DNA of 56,612 bases from positions 1 to 56,612 of the forward strand of contig LPNZ01001133.1 in NCBI GenBank assembly GCA_001655205.1. Direction: 5' to 3'. The position numbers and the translations under genes were made by a program. The notes under the pieces were generated by a model. It did not search any database. It was given only the letters and a program-made list of their open reading frames with translations, and had not been told where the DNA came from. The stretch comes from Lenisia limosa (Eukaryota > Protista > Breviatea). Below are positions 46,473 to 56,612 of the stretch, piece after piece (positions within the stretch are counted from its first letter, which is position 1; each line of letters begins with the position of its first letter).

Positions 46473-49190
46473 TTAGTAGTTACGGGTGACACAGCGACCG
46501 TTTCCAGCGATGTTGCAGTCCAAGCCGTCAGTCTAAAGAAGTAAAGGGTCTGCTTATGTGCGTTTCCAAGAGGATCACTCACCATTTTGGTGTTGACCAA
46601 TATAACATCAGCGTCGTTAGCATATGTGCTACAGAAGTCAGCATGGTGGTTCAAGACAACCCATAGCACAGGTTACCCTCAAACAGATACTTGCAAGAAG
46701 CGAAGTCGCTGTTCTCAATGTACACCAGGGAGTGAAGGACACCTTCCACACAGTACACTAAATGCTAGTAAAAATGTGTCCAGAGGGAAACCATGTGAAA
46801 AAGCCCTCATACGGTTAACGCCACCAAGTCCTTTCATTTGAACGTTTTTAATAAACATCTACAATGTAAGGATCTCTTCACATTCTTTTGTATGACTAGA
46901 TTCAAAGTTCAGCTCACCGCAGAGTTATAGGCCTGAACAAGGTTGATGCCAGTGCCTTGAATGGAACCGTCAGTGAGGTGCATCATGAGACCGTCTCTGT
47001 CGGCTCTGCAATTGTAAGTTGGGCTTCCAAAAGGCTGGACTATCCACATGTATCGAAAAACTCAAGTAGGATGGCAATACATAAGGGTTCTTTTTACGGG
47101 ACGGCCTATACAATAATATAGATATGTAATTATGTGACCCCTGCCAACATGTTGTGGATGTTGCAACCAACAAGACGGAATCCTTCAAGTTCAACGCGAT
47201 CCTAAGATAGTTGGACTTGTCTCAGTGTTGGCTAACAGAGAAGAATATGATCAATCAGTCCATTTTGTTTTTGACTTTATACTCCATCTGTCGTATCATT
47301 TTGCAACACAGACTTGTTACGTTTCGTCATGATAGAATAAGCCTGCCCTCTCACCGCATCAGCATAGATACAGAAGTCATGAGACTCGGGAATGATCTCG
47401 AAGGTCGCACGAAACCCGGTGATTTTAGCAGCAGGAGTCTGGTCGAGTTCGCTACATAAGTTGGTCCAGAATTATGGGGATATTGATACCGTTACTATTG
47501 TCTTCGTGTTAACAAGTAAAGAACAATAAAGAGCAGCCTTACTACCATAAATAAAAATAAATAAACTTTAGACAGAACCAACCCCCATACATAACCTTAC
47601 ACCCACGACCGTGGTTGGCAACATCAACAACAAGTTGGTCAACCTAAAAAAAGTGAGTCTGAGAATAAACTAGTATTAAACAGAAAAGAACAAACCTCCA
47701 AGTTGGCATAGGCAGCCTTAATGAAGGAAGAACTGTCATCACAAAGAGCTTTGGTGATATTCACATTGAACTGGAGGGATTAGTGATACTCTAGAATGAA
47801 ATACTATAAGTGGTAGAGTGGGTGAAACAATAAGATGGGCGAATCAGAAGAGCTTCTTACGAGTTGGAAAGGGTGGTACTCTGTCGATTCCGTATCGAAA
47901 ACAGTGGCAACAGGACCAATGACCTAAATAGTCAAACACAAAACTGTGTATACACAATATGGAAAGTTCTCATCCAAGCCAACATTGATATTTTTGGCGT
48001 AAATGTTGACATTTTGTCCCTTGAACAGACCACCTTTCGTGGCTGTGATGTCGAAGGTGGAATCCTGCAGGGAAATCAGTCCAAATGTTGACAGGGATAA
48101 ATCAGCCCAAATGTTGACAGGGATAAACATGATTTAAAATCAAATCAATGTTAACTTGGTTGTTAAATAAAGACGCGAACCCATTGTCCATCATACCATA
48201 AGAGAGATAGACTTCTGAACAACAAACAAGTTATCAGTCGTATTGCATTTTGAAACGAGGTTCACCTAGTAGTCACGAGATTTACATTTTGCCACCAGAT
48301 TCTGTCCCCACAATAAAATGCTACGTACAAATGAGAAATCATTAAAAGTTTGTTTCTGGCCGAAGCTGTTTCAAAGGGAGTGGAGAATAGAGTTAATATT
48401 CAAGATGCTAACAATGGACACCCACTTGTTTCATGACAAAATCAGTGTAGGAAATAATGGATCCTGCCGGGTCTACAATGTGAGAACCCAGATACAACCC
48501 GAATGTCCAATATACAGCAGTATGAGCTCGAACCTGGTCCGTCATCACAGATAAGAGTGATCTTAGTTTGGTCCTCTCCGGCACCGTAGATACCAACACC
48601 CTCATGGTTGAACAGCACGCTGCTCATACTGCACTGTTAATAGGGTTTTGAAAGGACTGAATCTCAATGGTAACTTTTGGGACCTGGGTGAAGAAAGATA
48701 GTAGTGTGGCTTTTATCTCATTAATACACAACTTCCTTCAAATAATAAGGATGTCACATATGCAGACCCTCCACTTTACCACCCCAATCCCACGAACGTG
48801 AAATCACCCTTTCCAAGGTGGAAGATAAACCCGTTGCTGTGGTCCTTGTCCACCTAAACAGTCAAACTCGAGAATGGGGGGGGGGGGGTAGCACGAAGCA
48901 TTGGAGTATTCTGCCCATAACCAACTTTGTCAAAGGCAGCCATGAGGTCCTCACCGGTTGCAACATTCTAACCGGTTAGTGGGAAGGGGAGGAGTCAATC
49001 AATGACTTTAATGACTTTTTATTTATCGAATCTAGGAAGAGTGAAATATGATGACTTCTCAACCCCCAATTCAAGAAAAATGTGCATTGTGGAGAGGGGA
49101 ATAAAGATTTCACAAATTGATATGAGTTGTAACCAAAACTTACCACATCAATAAAGTCCGCAAAAACAAAAGGTGTAGCCAAGCCTGGGG
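46473..49190 (-). CDS. Probable secreted right-handed beta-helix (pectin lyase-like) protein
   Basis: Spliced ..LATPFVFA-DFIDVNVATGEDLMAAFDKVDKDHSNGFIFHLGKGDF..VGIYGAGEDQTKITL, with later beta-strand-like repeats (VELEGFRLVGCNIHN, FIKNVQMKG, VYIENSDF). The start exon was not resolved. Confidence 0.55.
48073..48127 (-). repeat. 26-nt repeat x2 in the branch-point/pyrimidine region of an intron
   Basis: aaatcag(t/c)ccaaatgttgacagggat at 48073 and 48099. Confidence 0.9.
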
Positions 49191-49600
49191 CAATGAGTTG
49201 AATAATAAGATCAGTACATCATTACATTATTGCATTAAATCAGCACTAAAAGAAATGTACTCAACGTTTTTTGTCATGATGAACAATAAGACCACCCTTT
49301 TTGGTCAGAGCATGCACATGCACCCACTCACAACTCTAGTACAAAAAATCCTTTTGTCTATATTCCTTTGTTCTATATTCACATTCAACATCATTCTACT
49401 TACTAACCCAAACCCGCAAACAAAAGAGCAAGACTGAAAGGAGAGACTGGGTCAGAAGCATCATTTTATAGACGTCTGAGACTGAAAAAAGATAATATTC
49501 AAATTCTTCTTGTGTATGTGACTAACAAAGAAGGATTATGAACAAAGAGAATGGGAAATCAGGAAAAAAAATTAAAAAGAGACCACGGCCAAAAGATCAG

Positions 49601-49609
49601 AAAAAAAAA
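49601..49609 (-). terminator. Pol III oligo-T terminator of tRNA-Leu
   Basis: T9 begins 2 nt after the discriminator base. Confidence 0.8.
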
Positions 49610-49611
49610 CA

Positions 49612-49694
49612 TGTCAGCTGTGAGATTCGAACTCACGCCTCCGGAGAGATCACGACCTGAACGTGACGCCTTAGACCAACTCGGCCAAACTGAC
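49612..49694 (-). tRNA. tRNA-Leu(CAG), 83 nt, intronless
   Basis: GTCAGTT/AGCTGAC-A acceptor stem, D arm GGCCGAGTTGGTCTAAGGC, anticodon arm TCACG-TTCAGGT-CGTGA, long variable arm, and T loop GTTCGAATC. Confidence 0.98.
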
Positions 49695-50007
49695 TTACAA
49701 CTTGATGACACAAAAATCTTCAAGGTAATAATCAAAATATTGGCGCCGCCGGACACCGCCGAACTGCCGCCGCCGTAACTTTCATCGGTACTTGTCTTAC
49801 AAAACATTTTGCGCTTTGGTTGCGCGTATTGCTGTACCTCTTTTCGTGGTGGATCTCTTTCTCTTTGCGCAACTTTATATCATTTTTATTGTCAAATTTT
49901 ATAACTATTGGACGGAAGAAATCTGGTTTGACGTTGATAGTAGTTGCCCACAACCCACAACCTATCTTGATTCCTTTTGGCTTTTAGCGCGCCCTGGCTG
50001 AGGAAGG

Positions 50008-50050
50008 GGAAGAAAGGAAGAAAGGAAGAAAGGAAGAAAGGAGGAAAGGA
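50008..50050. repeat. (GGAAGAAA)n simple repeat
   Basis: Four perfect units plus one variant. Confidence 0.95.
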
Positions 50051-50098
50051 GGCAGCATTAGTTGACGTCATAACTGAACATTTGGTTGTTCAGTTCCA

Positions 50099-53000
50099 AT
50101 GGCTGTCCCTTGCACTGAGTCCAATAAAGTGCAAGAAACATGTTTGTCCTTGTGTTTGTCTCATTTTTCTCAGGCGTTACTGTTGGCCAGCTTGGCTCAA
50201 GATTGGGGTTCGAAGAGCATGAGGTGCCGGAAGCTTTTCGCACCGTTTCTCTGCCGCTGTAGGAAGGAAGGAGTTGTTTTTTGTCCGGCTGGGGCTTGTC
50301 TTCCCACCCATCCCCAATCCATGGAATGAATCAATGCATTTATCTGGTGTAGGTTCTCGGCGAGTTTGGTTGCGATAAATCTTGATGATGAAGGCTTCAG
50401 TCCACTTGCTGGTATGGCGTGACGGTGTTATATTTCGGCCTAATTGTTGCCTTCGGCTAGTACTACGGGGCTGCTGTTTGGGCTTGACCCTTTGATATTT
50501 ATCGGGGGTACTACGGGGCTGGTTTGGGCTTGACCCCTTGATATTTATCGTGGGTATTTTTTTTTTTGTGAGGAAAAAGTGAATGAATTGTCATAACCCC
50601 TCCAGCAAGCACCATCGTGAACTATATGAGAGTTTACGGGCTCTGCGAAGGCGAAACGAACATTTTGCCTCCGTCTGGACCAGCGCTACACTCGAATTTC
50701 GATAATGAAAGCCTTGCGGTTGGGGGTTGAAGGCCTTGCGGTTGGCGGTGGTAATGAAGGCCTCGCGGTAATGAAGGCCTTGCGGTTGGTGTTTTCATTT
50801 TGAAATAGAGCGCATGTGTTTTTGAATGGAAGATTATGTTATGGTGTATTTTCTATTTTTTTCATTTCATAAATGTGCGTTTCACCGCCGCCCAGAAGGC
50901 ATCACAATCATCACTGCCTATCCGGGTGCCGTCTCTGACCTATCTTGGCGACTCCAGCCTTCTGGTGCCCGCTGTGCCTCTAGACTACGGCGGCGTGGGG
51001 CTGTACCAGTCTTATGTACCACATTCAATGCTCAACCTATCGGCCTCAGGTGGGGGATCTATACACCCTACACATAATGACGTTTACGTTATATTATATG
51101 ATAATAACCGTGTTCCAGGCCTCCCCGGTATATCGCCAACGCCATCCTCGGTGAGTGTCGGTCCGGACCCGAGTAAAGACCCATTCTTTTCCGAACTGCT
51201 CACGTCGGAACCTTCGGGAACTGACCTTCCATCTTTTCAGCATGTGCACCAGTCTTCTCAAGTGGGGGGCGGCGGCGGTTCAAAATTTCTTTGTTTATTT
51301 TATACCCAAGTGATTCGTGATATTTTGGGGTTCGTTTCTTTTCGTTGTGATTTTTTGTTTCACTCAGTCTCTTTTGCTATTTTGAAGGATTCTCAGGTTA
51401 TTATTTAGATGCCTCATATTCCCCAAGCCACCCTCTCTCACTACCAGCCCCAAATGATGCTCCCAATGGAACAAACTATACGTGCGAAAGGGGGGATGCT
51501 TCATGTTTTTCTGAGTGGGGTTATTAGCGTCTGCCTCCACACTCAGGATTTCGTCTGTGTCTTTCTACATTTTTGTTTTCCTCGTCACATTGTAGCTCGT
51601 GACCAAGCCACTTGCCATTCCATTCTCGCAGACTGCAGCAGAGTGGGTTGGCTGTTGTCATGGAGGTTTGGGTTCAGATAAGATTTAAAGGAATTACTAA
51701 GATATAAAGGGGCTTTTGAGCACAATTCACTATTCAGGAGGCTCTCATGTGGAAGAAAGGTGACGGCTCGTCATACCCCCGTCCTTGGCTTCTTCGGTTC
51801 ATCCCCGCCTCCCTCAGTGTCATGTTCCCTAATAAGAACTGTGTCGACTTCTCTGGTGGGTTGATTCAACGCTCTTGCTCTCTTTTATCATTATCACAGC
51901 CTGACACTTTGAGCTATACTGACCCTCCAGAGTTCCTGGTGATGCAACCCCCCCATATTATCCTCAACGCCTTCCCGCCACCGTACTTCCACCGCCTTTC
52001 TCCAGCATCGCATTTGGCTGTAGGGGGGATCAATCCTGATGTTGATTGTACCTTCAGATAGAACCATCTTTTATTCTCTTAATTGATATATGAAGTGAGT
52101 TGTTTTCTAAGCACTATTGCAATTTCCATATCATATTATAACTCCACCATACATATCATAAATCGATGCTCTTTTTGACCCCCCCCCCAGGCGCTCCAAT
52201 TCCTGGTTTCCCTGCCATCCCTTAGGAACCATTGTCTCCTCCTCAACCACGTCAATATGCTGTGTGTGGCCAAACCAGTCATCCGGACCAACCCCGTCAT
52301 CCGCGACTTCCCATACGGCATCCAAGAGTCCCTCCCTGTCACCGCAGCCTTGTGGGCGGTTTATGAGGGGATATGATGTTGTTGTGCTCATTTGCATTAA
52401 AGCTCATCCAAAACAGGTGTCGGTTCATGCACTTTGCCTGTGACACGGCGACCATGAAAGGCAAAACCGAGCAGTTGCTTCGCGAAGTTGACCCGGAGGC
52501 GACGGTGAGACTTTCTTCCTGGGGCATGTCTGTTGGACAGCTTCGGCCGGATAGTATTTCATTTGTATCATACTAATAATATGTATTTCACATTTTTCTG
52601 ACTCGGTAGTCCCCCTTGGATTTCCTCAACTCCCTCATGGACGCTATGGCTATTGAGTCTGCACGTGCTGGCTGTAAGGGGTGATAACTTGGGCTTTCTC
52701 TGGAAGGTGATATTATAACTTATTATTTTGGTTTGTAGATTGCACCACAGGCTAATTTTTTGTTTACCTCTTTCTTACTGTTTTAGTGCATTTTAGGGTG
52801 AGCATGACTGAACTGGAAGGCACCTGAAGTGTTTTCTAGCTACCAAGAATCTGTTTTATTTCTAAGTCAAGCTCTACAACGGAACTTTTTCTTAGTATTT
52901 AATTATTCTTACTCATCGCATTTATTACCCATCATCATCCCCAGATCTACATATATGTCATCCTCATCCCCCTTCTTACCCTTAGACTGAGGGAGCGGAC

Positions 53001-54418
53001 TCACTGCTGACATTGCACCTGAACAGGCCTGTTGACTTGGCCGATGTTGTGGGTGCTGAGATCCCCCTCGAGGACAACATCCACGTTGGTGGGGCCTCTA
53101 TACCATATCTAGCGGTTGTGATGGAAGGACTCAAATATACTTTATATATTTATCCTTCTTTTCCTTGTTAACAGATGTGTAACTGATGTAGTCGTACATA
53201 GCTGCCGTTCAAAAGACGGGATTGAACAAGGTGCGTGGAGTTGAAAATTAATCTTGATGATTGGGTGCAGTCCCATGTTCACCTATCAGGAAGCCTACAC
53301 TCTGGTCCATATCAACGAGGAGATCCATATTCCGGAGAGCAATAGCAGCATCACATCACCCTTCTACGTTTCGGGTGGGGTGAGGACTGAGTACTATCAT
53401 CTTTCTGCTAGGGTTCTTTCTACTGGTTCCAAGTGGTCAGATTTATCTTGCGTTTTCCTTGACACTATTCAGGACTTGTGAAAAAGCCGGATTCATCCCG
53501 GATTGACGCACTTGATATCGAGGGCCGACAGAGTGTGTATTTAGGTGGGAGTTGATGCCTTGAGCGACAGGAAACAAGCGGACAAGATTTACCATTTAGG
53601 CAATTACTTCACGTACCCTCGAACTGGACTCAACCGTCGGCCTCTTTGGAACGCCATGAGCGGCGAGGTCACCTTGATAGCTCTGGCTTTGGATCCGGAG
53701 AGAACCCTGTTTATACCTAGGTAGCTTGAATATAGCTGCATCTGTGTTGGCCTTGATTCTTACTCCTCATTTCCTCATACGGTTCATCACACTATTCAAA
53801 CAACAGCGCGATATCCCTAAGTGGTAGTCTTTATGACTTCAGGAGGGCCAAGCCAGTTCCAATGGGCCAGCCCATGTTGCCGCAACCCCAGGACTTTGCC
53901 CCCCAGGTATCAGGCTTTTCTTTGGTTCTTGTGAGTGTTGACTGTGCTTTTGTTTGAATATAAGAAGAAAAAAAATAACGATATTTGATTATTGAGAATT
54001 CAGTCTTTCAGATAACTGGAAGCAAAGTCCCTAGTAAGAACCCTTAAAGCTAGCCCCCTTGATAGATGGGAAATTACCTCATGCTGTAGTATCGCATTCC
54101 TTCGCACCACCTTCAGAAAGAGTATTTCTCCTCTGTTGTAAGCTGTGGAAGAGGGGGTGATAGGGATTGGGGAGTGGTTAAAGAGTTAGAGTGTCTCTTG
54201 TCTCAACCGCTTGTTTCATTGTTTCTCAACCGTTTGTAGGGACCGCAGTTTATGCACCCCTCAATCCACAGCCACTCCTCGCACATTCATCATGTTCCAC
54301 AACCAATGGGTAGGTTGACTGCTCTTGAACATTTAATCACAAAGGATTTATTGACCCTTCAGCGTACCCCCCTCAGCAAGTGTACCCTAGCTTCCAAAAT
54401 TATAGACCATACAATTAG
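50099..54418 (+). CDS. Large multi-exon hypothetical protein with Pro/His/Gln-rich C-terminus
   Basis: A chain of open GT-AG exons (ASTIVNYMRVYGLCEGETN, EALMWKKGDGSSYPRPWLLRF, ALQFLVSLPSLRNHCLLLNH, SPLDFLNSLMDAMAIE, PMFTYQEAYTLVHINEE) ending AYPPQQVYPSFQNYRPYN*. No family was recognised, and the start is uncertain. Confidence 0.6.
50461..50553 (+). repeat. ~48-nt tandem duplication of a probable whole exon
   Basis: tactacggggctg(ctg)tttgggcttgaccc(t/c)ttgatatttatcg at 50461 and 50509. Confidence 0.9.
50703..50790 (+). repeat. Degenerate repeat x4 of an exon end plus donor (tgaa(a/g)gcct(t/c)gcg|gt)
   Basis: Four copies between 50703 and 50790. Confidence 0.9.
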
Positions 54419-54600
54419 ACCTTATGTTAATATTTGCTTTGACTGCTTCTGTTTCTTCTGTGTTCTTTCTTATATTATACGATATTATGTTTGCTTACCT
54501 ATTTGAATACATATTCAGTGCTGGGTATTGATTTGAGCTGGGTGGTTCGTTACAATGAAACAGTGTATCAAAACAAAGAAAGCAATAAATAAAAGGAGTT

Positions 54601-56612
54601 CTATAGTCCTCTGAGGACATTTGAGATGGTGTTCCGACTCAACGCCCTCGAAGGAAGCCAACTGCCGAGCACGGCAAAGACCAGTGACGACAGAGTTACG
54701 CTTGTGAACAGCGTGGTTGGGAACACAAACTCAAACGGCATTTCTGGAGGGTGAGGACGAAAACTTCCATATCGATTCAATACAATAAATAAACGGCCTG
54801 AAGCCATTCATGGGGGAGGAAGAAAATGACGGTATAGAAAAAGCTAAACGAGATCAAACAAACCAGAGATGATTTGAGGCAAGGTAAATAGTACAAGATA
54901 ATTAATGGGACGAGGGTGGAGCATTAGTGCAGGGGACCATATTAATCACTGTTATGTTGGCCTCCGAAGATGGCTTTGCCGTAATATCTGTCCTCTCAGA
55001 CACATCGATAAAGACCATTGGAAGGCAAAGCTATCTCTGTAAATACAGACTCGCAATAATAAAGAGGGAATAGGACCACCTGCCACGCGGAGTCCAAGCC
55101 CAATCCAAGGATGAATGACTCCATGACACGAAATCTCACAGAGTCCGACTTGCTTGAGTTTAAGTCCTCAGATCGCTTCCCCAACACAATGTATGGCTAT
55201 GAACGGTCCCTTTTTTTATTTTTTATATCAAGATTCCTTTAGATGTGACTATGCGGTCAATTTACCGACAGAACTTCCATTCCCTCAAGAGCCACACCAT
55301 AAAACTTAAAATAACAATAAAAACAATACTAAGAGAAATGAGAAAAATAAACGGAGAATTCGGACGAAGTTGTCCATCTTATAAGCCACAAATACATAAT
55401 AATGCAATCATAAAAGGTGAACACACAACGATTCAATAATCGAGTCATATTCAAGGGACATACCAGTGAAGAGCATGAACTGGGCGGTCAGCGTTATCGA
55501 CACCAGAAGTCCAATGGTGGTGCCAAGTATGATGGACGACAGGGTGATGGAAAGGGCCTCGTAGATGTACGCACGTGAAACACTTGCCGCACTGGGTGGT
55601 TGGAGGGCTATTGTGGGAAGTGTTTATGGAATAAGATATGTCCAACGCATACGACAGGCCAAGGGATCTGAGAACTCCGTACTCCCAGGCGTTCTCCTGG
55701 ACGTTGCTGATGAAGGACTGCCACAGTACGAAGAAACACAGCACAACAGCCTAGTTTATAAAGAGAATATTATCGAGTTGAGAAGATTTGTTGAGAACCA
55801 ACCGCCAGCGAAACGACGTTAAAGATGACAAGGAGAATGGACGTGGCCGTCTCAGCATCCTCCACCAGCGCCTCCGTGTCCATGATGGAGGTGTCATCGT
55901 CATTGACACTGGATTGTAGTCTATTTTTGATCTGCCAGGGTAAGATGGAGATGTGATGGGAGCATTCGATGGCTCTAATTTAATACAAAGAGATTACTGT
56001 ATCCATGATAGACTGTCACTATTCTTGCAGTTTTCTATAGACCTGGAGCTGACCTGGTCAATTTCCTCGCGACTGACATTGGGTACCAGGTCAATCATCA
56101 TGGTTTGCTTAGGAGGCGCGCTGAACTCCGTACCTTGCACCGTGGATCTGAAGAATAAGGCAGATGCAAAATCTATCAACTGGTAAAGCGGGTGAATGTT
56201 TCCTTGACCGAGCATCTTCATGCCCCCATCCACCTTGACCGAGCATCTTCATGCAGTTTGTCGTAGTCGTCCATGGTAATGATGACGGGACTGCCGTACG
56301 CAGAGAACCGATATCGACTGAAGAAGAAGCCCGGAACCTGAATGGGCGTGATCCAGGTTGAGGTCGCGAGAATATCGATAGCAGAGTGGATAGGACCCAC
56401 CTTCGACACAAGGGCTCTGGGCTTGACCAGGAAAGACTCTGATCGTCTGCTGTCATCTCTGACACTCTCAACACGCACCTAGGCGTCATTTAGATAAAAT
56501 AATTGCATCATTGAGTCATAACAGTCTTGGATTATCTGCCCACTCTCAGCATCATGGGAGTGTCAGTGTCCACTGAGGCGGTCAGACGGAGAGCCTCACT
56601 GCACACCGCATC
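54601..56612 (-). CDS. FtsX/MacB-like (ABC3) permease, 5' part outside the window
   Basis: ENAWEYGVLRSLGL..SRAYIYEALSITLSSIILGTTIGLLVSITL..PFEFVFP..SWLPSRAL is a typical C-terminal FtsX domain. Confidence 0.88.
56202..56254 (-). repeat. 22-nt exon end duplicated at 31-nt spacing into the following intron
   Basis: ccttgaccgagcatcttcatgc at 56202 and 56233. Confidence 0.95.

Noticed and set aside
1-56612. Non-standard genetic code or U12-type introns
   Set aside because: Conserved proteins translate without internal stops once GT-AG introns are removed. TAA and TAG serve as terminators. No sense-strand RTATCCTT donor was found at a required junction.

Overview
Eukaryotic nuclear DNA from a gene-dense, intron-rich organism that is probably a flagellated protist. 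CFAP99 and WDR11 suggest a cilium. The lineage cannot be determined from this window. Most ORF-track entries are exon fragments or read-throughs. Splicing by eye (GT-AG introns, many about 30-50 nt, down to 24 nt) gives about 17 protein genes and one tRNA. In order: RING-H2 protein(+), DBR1(-), dsRBD-DEAH helicase(+), DsbA-like thioredoxin(-), CFAP99(+), NTMT1(-), secreted permuted papain-like protein(+), eIF3L(-), SANBR/KIAA1841(-), WDR11(+), RPL11(-), secreted unknown(+), PP2C(-), Asteroid/FAM120-like PIN protein(+), beta-helix protein(-), tRNA-Leu(CAG)(-), large unknown protein(+), FtsX-like permease(-, partial). There are two N gaps. No CRISPR array, rRNA or transposase was seen. The most distinctive unexplained signal is in the introns. 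About a dozen 9-48 nt tandem duplications lie in introns, most of them on or next to exon-intron junctions, creating decoy donors or acceptors and, in two cases, complete GT...AG units. Several long introns also carry hairpins or inverted repeats. All gene models and family calls are manual and from memory; no searches were run. CDS coordinates include introns, and some ends are approximate.
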